From positions 11,426 to 75,425 of the forward strand of contig JBGTEY010000007.1 in assembly GCA_041747555.1 (NCBI GenBank): a stretch of 64,000 nucleotides of DNA, in the 5' to 3' direction. This stretch comes from Patescibacteria group bacterium (GTDB taxonomy: Bacteria; Patescibacteriota; Microgenomatia; UBA1400; PJMF01). Below the pieces are notes generated by a model. That model was not told where the DNA came from and ran no database searches. It saw nothing but the letters and a program-made list of their open reading frames with translations. The first letter of the stretch is position 1. Every line of letters starts with the position of its first letter. Below are positions 54,284 to 63,235 of the stretch, one piece after another. The translations under genes were made by a program, and so were the position numbers.

Positions 54284-55404
54284 GCAGTCTGTACAGTATA
54301 GGGCATTTTAACCATTTTGTGTGGTTCGTCCATCCATGTTCCCTGACTGCAGAGCAAGATTCCAGACGTGCCGTCCTCGGACGTTGGGACGAGCGTGGGA
54401 TAGCTATACCAAACGTCGCCTTCTTTGCGTTGGTCGTGTGAAGTTGGGAAGGAAAGCATTTGCTTGGGTTGGGTCCAGGTAATGCCATATACAGAGGTGC
54501 AACTATAAAATCCATTACTTGATTCGAAGCTGAGGAGATAGCAATCTTGATCTGGCACATACTGGATTCCCGCCAGAGATTTATATGCCTCATGTACTCC
54601 ATCAACGACTCCAGGCTCAAGCTCTAGTTGTGATTCGAACGATTCCCAGGCATCGGGTTGGTCCACTTGATCAATTAATGCGCGTTTTATTTGTATCGAA
54701 TGCATAGAAGCTGCCCACTCAGTGTGATAGACATAGACGTATGGACCAATAATTATGGCTGAGGGCTGACCAACTCCACTCACTGCAGTTGGCTCTTCAT
54801 CGGGAAATGGGGCGGTGATAATCGGTTGTGTTTCGCTCCAAGTTTGCCCACTGTCTGAGGAAATGGTAATGGCAATTTGAGCATGAAAGGGAAAACTACC
54901 ATTATCACCATGAAATTCTTGATGGACGAAGCCAATGCGAATATTTGGGGTAGGCGCGACAACAGAGCTGATCGCTGAGTAGCGCAATCTTCCGTACCCT
55001 GATGTTTGTTCATAGTTAGGTGACGTGATCACGACAGGATCAGTAATTTGCTCAATCGCTCCTTCTTTAGAAATATCCCATTCAGCGCGATATCCACGAG
55101 TGCCCGCAGAAAAATACACCTCAGCCTGATTAGGATTAGATGGATTTGGAATGACGCTCGTATGCGTATCGGGGTAATGGGTGAGCTCAGGGATTGGCAC
55201 TTCTTCAAGCTGTGAAACGTCAACTATAATTTCCAGGTTAGGTGGCGTGCGCGTTACTTCTGGTGTAGGAATTGAGATTTTTCTATCAAATCCACAGCCA
55301 GTGCCCAACAGACCAGCTAATGCACTTCCAAAGAGTAATTTAAGTGCGTTTCTTCGCGATATTCGTTCGGGTAGTACAGTAGATCGCCCAGATTTTTCAT
55401 CCAT
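54280..55404 (-). CDS. Lipoprotein with RR-type signal and putative beta-propeller (glycoside hydrolase-like) domain
   Basis: ISRRNALKLL...LGTGC; Asp-box SSDSGQTW; GQPSAI and YSYPTL. Confidence 0.6.
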   Translation of the reverse strand: MDEKSGRSTVLPERISRRNALKLLFGSALAGLLGTGCGFDRKISIPTPEVTRTPPNLEIIVDVSQLEEVPIPELTHYPDTHTSVIPNPSNPNQAEVYFSAGTRGYRAEWDISKEGAIEQITDPVVITSPNYEQTSGYGRLRYSAISSVVAPTPNIRIGFVHQEFHGDNGSFPFHAQIAITISSDSGQTWSETQPIITAPFPDEEPTAVSGVGQPSAIIIGPYVYVYHTEWAASMHSIQIKRALIDQVDQPDAWESFESQLELEPGVVDGVHEAYKSLAGIQYVPDQDCYLLSFESSNGFYSCTSVYGITWTQPKQMLSFPTSHDQRKEGDVWYSYPTLVPTSEDGTSGILLCSQGTWMDEPHKMVKMPYTVQTA

Positions 55405-55438
55405 GCGTTTTAGTATACCTCATCTGGAGAACTGAGTA

Positions 55439-56182
55439 TTAGGCTTGCGCTACTGCCTGAATCATGGCTCGCTTAATCAACCGTGCTCTCAACATAAACG
55501 TTTCACGCACAGCCTTGAAAATCACTCCCAGATTAGATCCAGTTGGATTTCCAAAACGACGCTCATAGTGGGTCACCCCAACTTGTTCGTAGTGAAAGCC
55601 TGCATGATATGCCTTGAGCAGCAATTCTGTAGAGATCATAGCTCCGTCAGAGAAGAGCGGCTCGATAGCACGCAGGACGTCTTTGTGAATTAATTTAAAG
55701 GCACAGTCGGTGTCTTTGATGTTGCTTGGGAATCCAAGCAGTACACGACTCCAGATTTTGAGCATTTTCGCGAGCATGGCTCGTTTGAAGCCTTCTGCGC
55801 GATTTTTGCGGAATCCTAAGACCATGTCATTATGCTGGGAATGTTTCAGAAATTTACCGAGTTCTCGCAGGTTAAACTGCAAGTCACTATCGGTAAAGAA
55901 TACCCAGTCATACTTGGCGGTCTTGAAGCCGCGTTTGAGCGCGCCACCGTACCCAAGATTCTTCTGGGAAATGACACGAACGGTTTTATATTTTTTAGCC
56001 AAGGCCTTAGCGCGATGAAAAGTTTCATCGGTACTGCCGTCATTGACTACGATAATCTCGTATTTTTTGGCAATGGTTGGCAAGACCTGAAGCGCTTGCT
56101 TGACTGCTGGCCCGATATTCTCCTGCTCATTGTAGGCAGGGAAAAACAGGGACAGTGATGATAGTTTTGGGTATTTTGGCAT
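55439..56182 (-). CDS. GT2 glycosyltransferase (DPM/GtrB-like)
   Basis: FPAYNE, VNDGSTD, TDSDLQF and DTDCAFKL. Confidence 0.92.
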   Translation of the reverse strand: MPKYPKLSSLSLFFPAYNEQENIGPAVKQALQVLPTIAKKYEIIVVNDGSTDETFHRAKALAKKYKTVRVISQKNLGYGGALKRGFKTAKYDWVFFTDSDLQFNLRELGKFLKHSQHNDMVLGFRKNRAEGFKRAMLAKMLKIWSRVLLGFPSNIKDTDCAFKLIHKDVLRAIEPLFSDGAMISTELLLKAYHAGFHYEQVGVTHYERRFGNPTGSNLGVIFKAVRETFMLRARLIKRAMIQAVAQA

Positions 56183-56213
56183 AGTGCCTTTCTACAATCT
56201 CTCTTGAGATTGG

Positions 56214-56429
56214 TTATAACCCCTTATCTTTAAGACATTTTGTATACATGTCGGCTACTGGGTACCAGACTTCGACTCCATCTGCACTTCTGGTGAGATA
56301 GCGCGAACTCTGGGCACATTGGTAGCGAGCTTCGTTATTGACCTGCATTTGGTAGAGGTAAAGACCAAAACCAACGAGACCAGCGAAAATCAAACCAATG
56401 ATGAGGGTGGGTATTGTATTATTTTGCAT
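56214..56429 (-). CDS. Small membrane-anchored protein with two Cys
   Basis: MQNNTIPTLIIGLIFAGLVGFGLYLY TM; 71 aa from ATG 56429. Confidence 0.65.
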   Translation of the reverse strand: MQNNTIPTLIIGLIFAGLVGFGLYLYQMQVNNEARYQCAQSSRYLTRSADGVEVWYPVADMYTKCLKDKGL

Positions 56430-56672
56430 GTTTTTCTTTCTGTTTTCTTTGTACAGACACCGGATGCTCGTTGCTTTGTGCCTTGTGCTGGGTCTGCTTC
56501 TATTGAAGTAGATTGTCCAGCGCCTTGTGGCGTGAGCATTGAGCAAGCCTGGTGTTCCGAGACCACCTCTTTTTGGAGATGAGCTCAGAACACCAGGCTA
56601 CAGGGTTGTAGTGGTGTTTTGTTACTAACCAGGTGACGGCTTTTAGGCCGTCACCTGGTACCTCATAGAGGC

Positions 56673-57842
56673 CTAGGGGGTAGGGCGTTCGTAATCGACT
56701 TCTCCGTGAATCAGGACTTCGATACCTGACGTCACGAAAAACTGATTATTTACACCGAGACAACCTTCAATAAAGCTGCAGTTGCCTCCCGCATTCGCGA
56801 GTTCCGTTGGGTTTAACTCACTGACACCATCTGTCATGTTCCACGTTGCGTGGGCCATGACGGCAGTAATTGCCTCGGGGAGGTGATCCCCATGGAAATA
56901 ATTGCCAGTGACAATGAAAGTGTTATCCAGGGTACCCGTAAATTCGGCCGAAGCGTAGCCCACATTTACGATGAGCAACGCGCAACCCAAGGGTTGATCT
57001 TCAGTAGTTACACAAGATCCCAGCCCGTCTAAGGACCAAGACCCTGTTACGAGCGTGTAATGCTCGCCCGCAACTACCAAATCACACTGGTCATTAGCCG
57101 CCCCACAGAATTGAGTTTGGTCCTGTGCGTAGTACATACCCCATTCGGCCGGAAAATCGGCTTCGGGGTTGTCTACGTCAGGGAACTCAACCCACAGGGG
57201 GGGATCCAGTGTGGGGAAGGCTGCCCAAGGGATTGAGCCTTGTCCGAGCATCTGGAGGGTTGCACCCTCGAAATACTCGACATACCAGCCGTTCACATCT
57301 GCTACCTGAGCGGCAGCAGGTAAACTGCTAGTTGTAACGTTTGTGTCGGTCGTGGTCGTGACTTTTACGCCATTCTCAACCTTCACCTCAGTTTCCAGAC
57401 CTCTCGCTTCCTCTACTTGATCCCGATACTCCTCAAGGGAGCTGGGAATACCACCGAGAATGCCGTTTGAGCTTTCAGTGGTTTCGGTCGAGGGTTGTGC
57501 GGGGGTTAGCGCAAGCGCCACTTGGTTTGAAACATCCTCTAAGAATTCCGTGTCCGTAATGATACGGGCGACGATCTCCTCAGTGTCAGCATCTTCACCG
57601 TCGGCACCTGCAACGCCTTGTGTACCGCGAGGGCCCTGAGGGCCTTGTGGGCCGGTTGTCGGCTCGATTTTCTCAAGCTCGGCAACCCTTTGGTACAAAT
57701 CATTAACTGCTACACGGTTTTCCGTGATTGCAGGGTTGGCCTCTGCCTGGTTTTCATTCCAGAACCACAGACCAACCATTGCCAGTACCAAGAAAAAAGA
57801 GAGAAGGGCGAAGCTAATCGCCAGGTTTACTTTTGCGTTCAT
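56673..57842 (-). CDS. Cassette E: membrane-anchored protein with short collagen-like repeat
   Basis: SD AAGGAGG (57850-57856) before ATG 57842; TM, coiled coil, GPQGPQGPRGTQGVAGADG, then a Cys-containing C-terminal domain. Confidence 0.8.
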   Translation of the reverse strand: MNAKVNLAISFALLSFFLVLAMVGLWFWNENQAEANPAITENRVAVNDLYQRVAELEKIEPTTGPQGPQGPRGTQGVAGADGEDADTEEIVARIITDTEFLEDVSNQVALALTPAQPSTETTESSNGILGGIPSSLEEYRDQVEEARGLETEVKVENGVKVTTTTDTNVTTSSLPAAAQVADVNGWYVEYFEGATLQMLGQGSIPWAAFPTLDPPLWVEFPDVDNPEADFPAEWGMYYAQDQTQFCGAANDQCDLVVAGEHYTLVTGSWSLDGLGSCVTTEDQPLGCALLIVNVGYASAEFTGTLDNTFIVTGNYFHGDHLPEAITAVMAHATWNMTDGVSELNPTELANAGGNCSFIEGCLGVNNQFFVTSGIEVLIHGEVDYERPTP

Positions 57843-58400
57843 TTTTTTGCCTCCTTGACAATTGATGAACATGGTCGCCGAGATCATGGTGGCGACCAAA
57901 GTTGACGTGCCGGATACCATCCGGCCATTTTTTCCTTCCGCGAAAACCGCGGATCGTCTAGCATCAAAGCGGGGCGGAAGGGGTACCAGACGTGCGATCG
58001 TTTGATCACACACCTAATGCCCCTTCCGCGAGGAGAACATGAACGTGCATTTACCCTTTTGTAATAAAAAACACTATAAATACATTCATCACTCGTAACT
58101 TAATACGCGTGATTCCCTGTAGCCTGTTAAAGATCGACTGTTTCGAACCGAAGTTCAATTCAGTCAATTTGTTTGTTTAAGCCGAAGCTTAAACGCTGCT
58201 CTGTCCCGTTTCGCCAAACATCGGCGCGATGCCGAGCTGGCAAGTGAGCTGAGCAGGGCAGTGGTTGTATCGCTCTTCAAAACTTACAACCACTGCTCTA
58301 CGCAGCTTGGTGTCGCTCTAAAATTCATGAAATGGGGTCGGGGTTTGAAGAGCGACTGACAGTTTTTTATTTAATGTACGTACTCATTGAGTACCACTAT
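57843..58400 (-). ncRNA. Long structured 5' leader of cassette E
   Basis: Many perfect stems, two cUUCGg tetraloops on the minus strand and boxA-like CGATCTTTAACA at 58125-58136. Confidence 0.6.
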
Positions 58401-58405
58401 GAATA

Positions 58406-58447
58406 ACTATATCACTGTATAACTAACTTGTCAATACTATGGGATGT
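58406..58447 (-). promoter_or_regulatory. Sigma70 promoter, cassette E
   Basis: acatcccatagta-TTGACA-N17-TATAGT, with TG extended -10. Confidence 0.8.
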
Positions 58448-58687
58448 AAAAATGGGTTATCCAGGCTAAATCAGTCTATTTTGCTTGGTTTATTGGTTGA
58501 TTTGTGGTGCTGGTTTGCCTGGGAAGGGAAACCAGAGTGGACCGGAGTTGAGTTAAGCCTTTTTTAGGGGCACAGGTGTTTTTAGGCACCTGCTCAAGCT
58601 CCGGTCCGGTGGGATCCTCGCCGTTACGACTTGCCTAGCGCGAGGCTAGGCTGGCGTGCGGGGGAGGAGTTCTGGTAAGTTGGGGAA

Positions 58688-59308
58688 TTAATCGCTTATC
58701 GTGATCTCGAAGGGGAAGCTTTGGCTACCAAGTGTCAGTAGTCCGTCAAAGCTTTTGGTACCTCCCGGGGTGTAGGAATACCAGTGACTCGTTTGTGCTG
58801 AGCCATTAGTAAATTCCACATCTGTTTCCGTTCCGTCTCCAAAAGAAACATTTCCCCACCCATTGGTGGTTGGGGAGCAGTTAAAATTGATGACGATATG
58901 GTTAACAGCTTGACCCTGAGAAGTGACGGTTGTGCAGTTGTTTATTGGGGGGGAGTCGTCAATCACAACTTTGTAGTGAAACGTGCTGTTTCCTACAGTA
59001 AAGAATGTGTTGTACTCCATGATACCACCAGGCGTGTAGCTGTAGTCATGGCTTGTCGTTCCGGGAGGAACGCTAAGCCCGGTGCCAGTACCGTCTCCAA
59101 AATCAAGGAAACCTTCAACATCCCCATCGCACTCGACGGTGAAATTGAAGCTGTTGATAGTCCCTTGTTTGACGACAGCAGTTGAGGTACAGCTGAGCCC
59201 ACCTACTGTTTCAGCTTGGGCTGTTTGAGTTCGAGTTGCGCCTGCAAGCAGTGCAATTAAACCCAAAAGTAGCACTAAAAATGCGATTTTTTTCACTATT
59301 TGTTTCAT
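58688..59308 (-). CDS. Cassette D: secreted protein with two PKD-like repeats
   Basis: Signal peptide ending AQA; FGDGT...SH(D/W)YSYTPGG occurs twice. Confidence 0.78.
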   Translation of the reverse strand: MKQIVKKIAFLVLLLGLIALLAGATRTQTAQAETVGGLSCTSTAVVKQGTINSFNFTVECDGDVEGFLDFGDGTGTGLSVPPGTTSHDYSYTPGGIMEYNTFFTVGNSTFHYKVVIDDSPPINNCTTVTSQGQAVNHIVINFNCSPTTNGWGNVSFGDGTETDVEFTNGSAQTSHWYSYTPGGTKSFDGLLTLGSQSFPFEITISD

Positions 59309-59383
59309 TTTCTTACTTTTTTCCTTTTTCAGAATATTGTTGTCTTCTAATGAAACCCCAAGTATTGAACTTGAGTCAGGGAA

Positions 59384-59425
59384 TCACACCCCGTCTGCCA
59401 AACGCCCGGCTAGGCCTTGAGTCAT
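59384..59425 (-). CDS. Putative 13-aa leader peptide MTQGLAGRLADGV
   Basis: SD AAGGAGGTG (59429-59437) directly before ATG 59425. Confidence 0.4.
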   Translation of the reverse strand: MTQGLAGRLADGV

Positions 59426-59713
59426 TTACACCTCCTTTTGGTTTTTCTGTAGACTCGTCATAAACTCCAGTTTCCTCAAGTACATGACGAGTCTACCGAA
59501 TTGCCGAAGGAAGTCCCTTTGATCAATCCTTTTTCCTTACCAGATGTTAAAGAGCGGCGATGCGTGTGCATCGCGTCCTACGCGCGCGACTCAACACCAG
59601 ATGCAATATCTGGGTGAGGGTTGCGAGCAGGCGGATGGGGACAACGTTTGTTGTTTGGTTGGGGAGATGGAGGCGAATTGGTTGTCTCCAACCGTGTGCT
59701 CACAGTGTATATA

Positions 59714-59755
59714 AGCGTATCACCTCTAGGTCTATAAGTCAATACTATGGGATGT
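59714..59755 (-). promoter_or_regulatory. Sigma70 promoter, cassette D
   Basis: acatcccatagta-TTGACT-N17-TACGCT, with TG extended -10. Confidence 0.7.
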
Positions 59756-59775
59756 TAAAGAGAAATGTCTTGACC

Positions 59776-59809
59776 AAAAAAATGACCGCCCCCTCGAGAG
59801 AGGGCGGTC
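59776..59809 (-). terminator. Intrinsic terminator, cassette C
   Basis: Minus strand gaccgccctctctcgagggggcggtc-a-TTTTTTT. Confidence 0.85.
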
Positions 59810-59817
59810 TGTTAGTT

Positions 59818-60162
59818 CTATCTGCGAATCACACCTCCTTTTGGTACCTTGTGTATGACCCAAGTACCAAATATGGTTGCAAGAGGTACGACCCCTGCTA
59901 TGCCACAAGAAAAAAGTCCCAGTCCAAGTAGTTGTAGCCCCATTATTAGTAGGTTGCTTGTACTGGCGGTCATCGCGGTCGTAGCGCTCAATCCCAGACC
60001 ATATGTCGCTGCGAAACCAGCAACGTACGATAGTATGAGAATAAACCACCACCTACCTCTTTTTTCTTTGGTAAAAATGGTGGCACAAACGAGCCACCAC
60101 ATCACCCCTGTCCAGAGCCCAAACCAATAAGGCCAGTTCTCTGGATTAAAAATTGATAGCAT
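59818..60162 (-). CDS. Cassette C: small multi-TM membrane protein
   Basis: SD AAGGAGGT; three hydrophobic segments; RWWF motif. Confidence 0.75.
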   Translation of the reverse strand: MLSIFNPENWPYWFGLWTGVMWWLVCATIFTKEKRGRWWFILILSYVAGFAATYGLGLSATTAMTASTSNLLIMGLQLLGLGLFSCGIAGVVPLATIFGTWVIHKVPKGGVIRR

Positions 60163-60356
60163 ATAGCTACCTCCTTCGAATAATCTCCTCCGAAGAGGGA
60201 AGCTCTACGCACCGTAATGCGCACAGCTCCCCTCTTCGAGAGATCGTTTGGAGGTCCAGAGGTGAAATGTTAAATAGCAGATAGATGATGCAAGCTCAAA
60301 CTCCACGACTTTTGACGCAAATGTCAGGATCGTTTTGTGCAAACTTCATCAGGATA

Positions 60357-60395
60357 ATTATACAGGAAGTAGTATTAGAATGTACTATGGGATGT
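60357..60395 (-). promoter_or_regulatory. Promoter, cassette C
   Basis: acatcccatagta motif at 60383-60395, degenerate -35 and perfect TATAAT at 60357-60362. Confidence 0.6.
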
Positions 60396-60414
60396 ATTAA
60401 AAGTGTTTTTGAGC

Positions 60415-60446
60415 AAAAAAATGGCCGCCCCCCTTGGGGAGCGGCC
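60415..60446 (-). terminator. Intrinsic terminator, cassette A
   Basis: Minus strand ggccgctccccaaggggggcggcc-a-TTTTTTT. Confidence 0.85.
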
Positions 60447-60452
60447 GTAGCT

Positions 60453-60725
60453 CTATTTTTTTTCACCTCTTCTCAGACTAAGAAACGCCACGCCAACAGA
60501 TATTACGATTGGCGTCAATTTTTGGACAATTTCCAGCCAGCCGCCGTCGGCGGCGGGTGAAACCTGTAAAATTGTGTTTTCAATGTTGATCATTGAAAAC
60601 CATAAAGATGTGGCAATTGCTACAAACCACCATTTAGAACTATTTTGTCGCAGGCCAATCTGTATGGTGATATAGACTAATGCCAGTGTACTAATTGCTG
60701 TCAAAAAATAAACTAAAAAAATCAT
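60453..60725 (-). CDS. Cassette A: 90-aa three-TM membrane protein
   Basis: SD GGAGG (60732-60736) before ATG 60725; same length and register as 62963-63235. Confidence 0.8.
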   Translation of the reverse strand: MIFLVYFLTAISTLALVYITIQIGLRQNSSKWWFVAIATSLWFSMINIENTILQVSPAADGGWLEIVQKLTPIVISVGVAFLSLRRGEKK

Positions 60726-60946
60726 TTGTTTCCTCCATGAGAGTTTTATTCCCTTTCCTCGTGAAAGGGCCACCAAACACGATGATGCAGATACATCATG
60801 TGCAGCGTCCCTTTCTCGAGATGGAGGCGTGGTTTTATGAGCCTTAGTGAAAAGGTGTTTTAAAGAGCTAAATCGATAGATGCTCATTTATATGTAACAG
60901 TATCTGATGCGATTTCAGGCTGTTCCACACAAACTACATCAATTCT

Positions 60947-60986
60947 ATTATGACATTAAACGGCCAAGTGTCAATACTATAGGACT
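60947..60986 (-). promoter_or_regulatory. Sigma70 promoter, cassette A
   Basis: agtcctatagta-TTGACA-N16-CATAAT, with TG extended -10. Confidence 0.7.
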
Positions 60987-61016
60987 ATAAGAGATATTTT
61001 GTGAAATGGCTCGATC

Positions 61017-62870
61017 TCAGGCCGCTACTGCCCCATACCCAATCGTCGACTCTAAACACCGCATCCAGTTGCAGTGCGGGTACGAAATTATTTTTTTATA
61101 AAATCCCCAATTTTCTGCAGCTTTAAAGAGTTTTGCGGTCTGCGAGTCATTTTCCAGCTCAAAACGGTGTACTCCAGAGGAAATCACTGCACTTGGTTCT
61201 TCAAGTAAGTGCATAAATAATTTAGCAAATGTCTTGAAATCATCAACGGGGTGCGAGCCCACAACAGGCACATACACCTCATTAAGAAACGTAAAGAAAC
61301 TATCTATTACCTGTTGTTCTGGAGCAAAGGTAAGCGTCGACTTATGGAGCGGCCGGTGACCCGTTAGCTCCCAGGCGGGGGAGGCTTCTCGCTTTGAAAG
61401 TCCAATAAATGATGCAAACGCGAGATGATTGGGGTTATTTTGATCAAATTGAGCTTGAGTGCGAGTCTCGATTGCTTCACGACCCAAATCATACACTGAT
61501 CGCGCATATATCATGCCTGTCCTTAACTGAAATTGCGTAGAAAACTCAAGTTGCGTCACGGTTGCTTCTGTTTTTCTGGTTATGTGGAGTAGTTCGTCGC
61601 CTTGTTCTTTAAATTTTTTTGCAGTTTGTAGGAGTGAGGCTGCTTGTTCGTCGCCATTTTTGGCCTTTTGATCAAGTAATTTTATAAATTTAGGATTACT
61701 GAATTGATCGAGCACAAAATGTTTGATGCCTTCTGGTGAATTGTATGTTTCTATTGTTTTTTGGAGCGCTAATTCTTCAATAAGTTCGCGCTTAGAACTG
61801 TATGAACTTGCGCCTTGTTGATAACTTATTTCTGTCACGTGTGACCAATATGCCGTTGTTCTTACAAACTGATATCCATCGACGCGTGTTTCTGAATCGG
61901 TCAGAAAATTCCTCAAGAATTCTGGATTTTGAAGGGAAGTAAGCAACGATTGATACTGTGTAGACTCGAGATCTTTTGCAATCTGCTCAGATTTAGCATT
62001 GAAGCGATAAAACTCGACTAAAAGATCAGGCATAGTGGTGAGAAATTCAGGAGCTTGCGCATGGATTTGCTTGAAGAGTGTACCCCAGCCTTGGGAGTTC
62101 ATATCTCTAAAATATGCAATAGCTTTTACAACTTCTATAAGTTCAATATCATGAATACCAATGGATTGGGGACCTTCGGCTCGGGGAAGGGAGTAATAAA
62201 CACCGTCTGAGATATGCCTGGTAGATGCCAGGAGTTCTGCAACTGCTTTTTCACCAATGAGAATTGTAGCCACACCCGTGCCAACTCGAGCAGTTTCTGC
62301 AACGACGTCAAGATTGTATGCCTTGATGGAGTTGGTATTTGCTCCGGAAATCTGGAATGCCATGAGGGCTGCTTCTGGTGGGATATCGGTCAGCGATGCA
62401 TATTGAAGAAAAAGTTCCATGAAAACCTGTAAATATTCTTGAAACTCTTGATCTTGCTCTGTTTGCGTTTCAGTTTGAGGGTAAAAATAGAGCGTAGCGA
62501 GGCGCGCAACTCTAGGGAGGAGGACAGCGATAGCTTTTTTTCTTTGTTCTGAAAGTGTTGTATTTTCTTCTAGTAGGCTAAGAAAATGGTGTTTCGCTTC
62601 TTCACTTATGATTTTAGATGGATCTAAGGGGGTGTATGAGTCTTTTTTAAGTCGTAAACGGCGTTCATTCATGGATTCGAGTACAGGGTCGATTTCAGCA
62701 TGATTAATCCCTAGCCGAGCGGTCGCGTAGGCAGCAGCACCTATTGCAGCGCGGCCAAACAGACCTCGTCTACTCACCTTAATTAGGTTGAGTGCGCGAC
62801 TAATGGGACCAAGTTGTTTATCTGGATGATCTGATGGTGGGGAGGAACTTGTTTCTACTGATGAATTCAT
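61017..62870 (-). CDS. Hypothetical 617-aa helical protein with RR-type N-terminal motif
   Basis: Long ORF; VSRRGLFGRAAIGAAA; TGaCATACT lies 6 nt before the ATG. Confidence 0.75.
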   Translation of the reverse strand: MNSSVETSSSPPSDHPDKQLGPISRALNLIKVSRRGLFGRAAIGAAAYATARLGINHAEIDPVLESMNERRLRLKKDSYTPLDPSKIISEEAKHHFLSLLEENTTLSEQRKKAIAVLLPRVARLATLYFYPQTETQTEQDQEFQEYLQVFMELFLQYASLTDIPPEAALMAFQISGANTNSIKAYNLDVVAETARVGTGVATILIGEKAVAELLASTRHISDGVYYSLPRAEGPQSIGIHDIELIEVVKAIAYFRDMNSQGWGTLFKQIHAQAPEFLTTMPDLLVEFYRFNAKSEQIAKDLESTQYQSLLTSLQNPEFLRNFLTDSETRVDGYQFVRTTAYWSHVTEISYQQGASSYSSKRELIEELALQKTIETYNSPEGIKHFVLDQFSNPKFIKLLDQKAKNGDEQAASLLQTAKKFKEQGDELLHITRKTEATVTQLEFSTQFQLRTGMIYARSVYDLGREAIETRTQAQFDQNNPNHLAFASFIGLSKREASPAWELTGHRPLHKSTLTFAPEQQVIDSFFTFLNEVYVPVVGSHPVDDFKTFAKLFMHLLEEPSAVISSGVHRFELENDSQTAKLFKAAENWGFYKKIISYPHCNWMRCLESTIGYGAVAA

Positions 62871-62923
62871 TTAGCTAGTATGTCAGGGATTCAAGGAGAT
62901 GTAAATTATTGTGCGTTTTTGTC

Positions 62924-62955
62924 AAAAAAATGGCCGCCCCCCTTGGGGAGCGGCC
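62924..62955 (-). terminator. Intrinsic terminator, cassette B
   Basis: Identical to the cassette A terminator. Confidence 0.85.
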
Positions 62956-62962
62956 TGTAGCT

Positions 62963-63235
62963 CTATTTATTATTACCTCCTATGAGTCCTAACAAGACTA
63001 TGAGTCCAGCCGCCGAAACAGGGGCCAAGACCATTACCAAATAAGCTTCCCAACCCTCGTTGGGAACTTGATTTGTTGTCAAAGCGACCCATTCTAGGGC
63101 CTCAACGGCAAGTAGATACAGTGCTACGGTGGTTGCCCACCATAGCAATCCGCCCGTTCGCGCAATCTTCCATGCGGAAAAATAGAGCCCTATAAGGGAG
63201 GTGACAGCTACAATGACCGAAAACATAAAAATCAT
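62963..63235 (-). CDS. Cassette B: 90-aa three-TM membrane protein
   Basis: SD GGAGG; diverged paralog of the cassette A protein. Confidence 0.8.
   Translation of the reverse strand: MIFMFSVIVAVTSLIGLYFSAWKIARTGGLLWWATTVALYLLAVEALEWVALTTNQVPNEGWEAYLVMVLAPVSAAGLIVLLGLIGGNNK

Larger units (their letters stand above)
60414..60986. repeat. Direct repeat copy A (terminator-gene-leader-promoter unit)
   Basis: Shares identical 33-, 36- and 40-nt blocks with 62923-63489. Confidence 0.9.

Noticed and set aside
57843-58013. ORF-track N-terminal extensions (starts at 58013, 60887, 56546, 50964, 49775)
   Set aside because: Downstream ATGs have a clear SD, a leaderless promoter or a better-fitting N-terminus. 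The extensions run through structured leaders or neighbouring genes.
59560-60560. ORFs 59560-59931, 59849-60130 and 60285-60560 on the plus strand
   Set aside because: They lie antisense across promoters, terminators or better-supported minus-strand genes and lack initiation signals.
60800-60830. c-di-GMP-I (GEMM) riboswitch, suggested by GAAAGGGACGC on the minus strand
   Set aside because: The flanking GGCAAAC and GCAAA elements and the GNRA/receptor layout are absent.
60453-63235. Diversity-generating retroelement template/variable repeat pair
   Set aside because: Differences between the two ORFs are not adenine-specific, and no reverse transcriptase is in the window.
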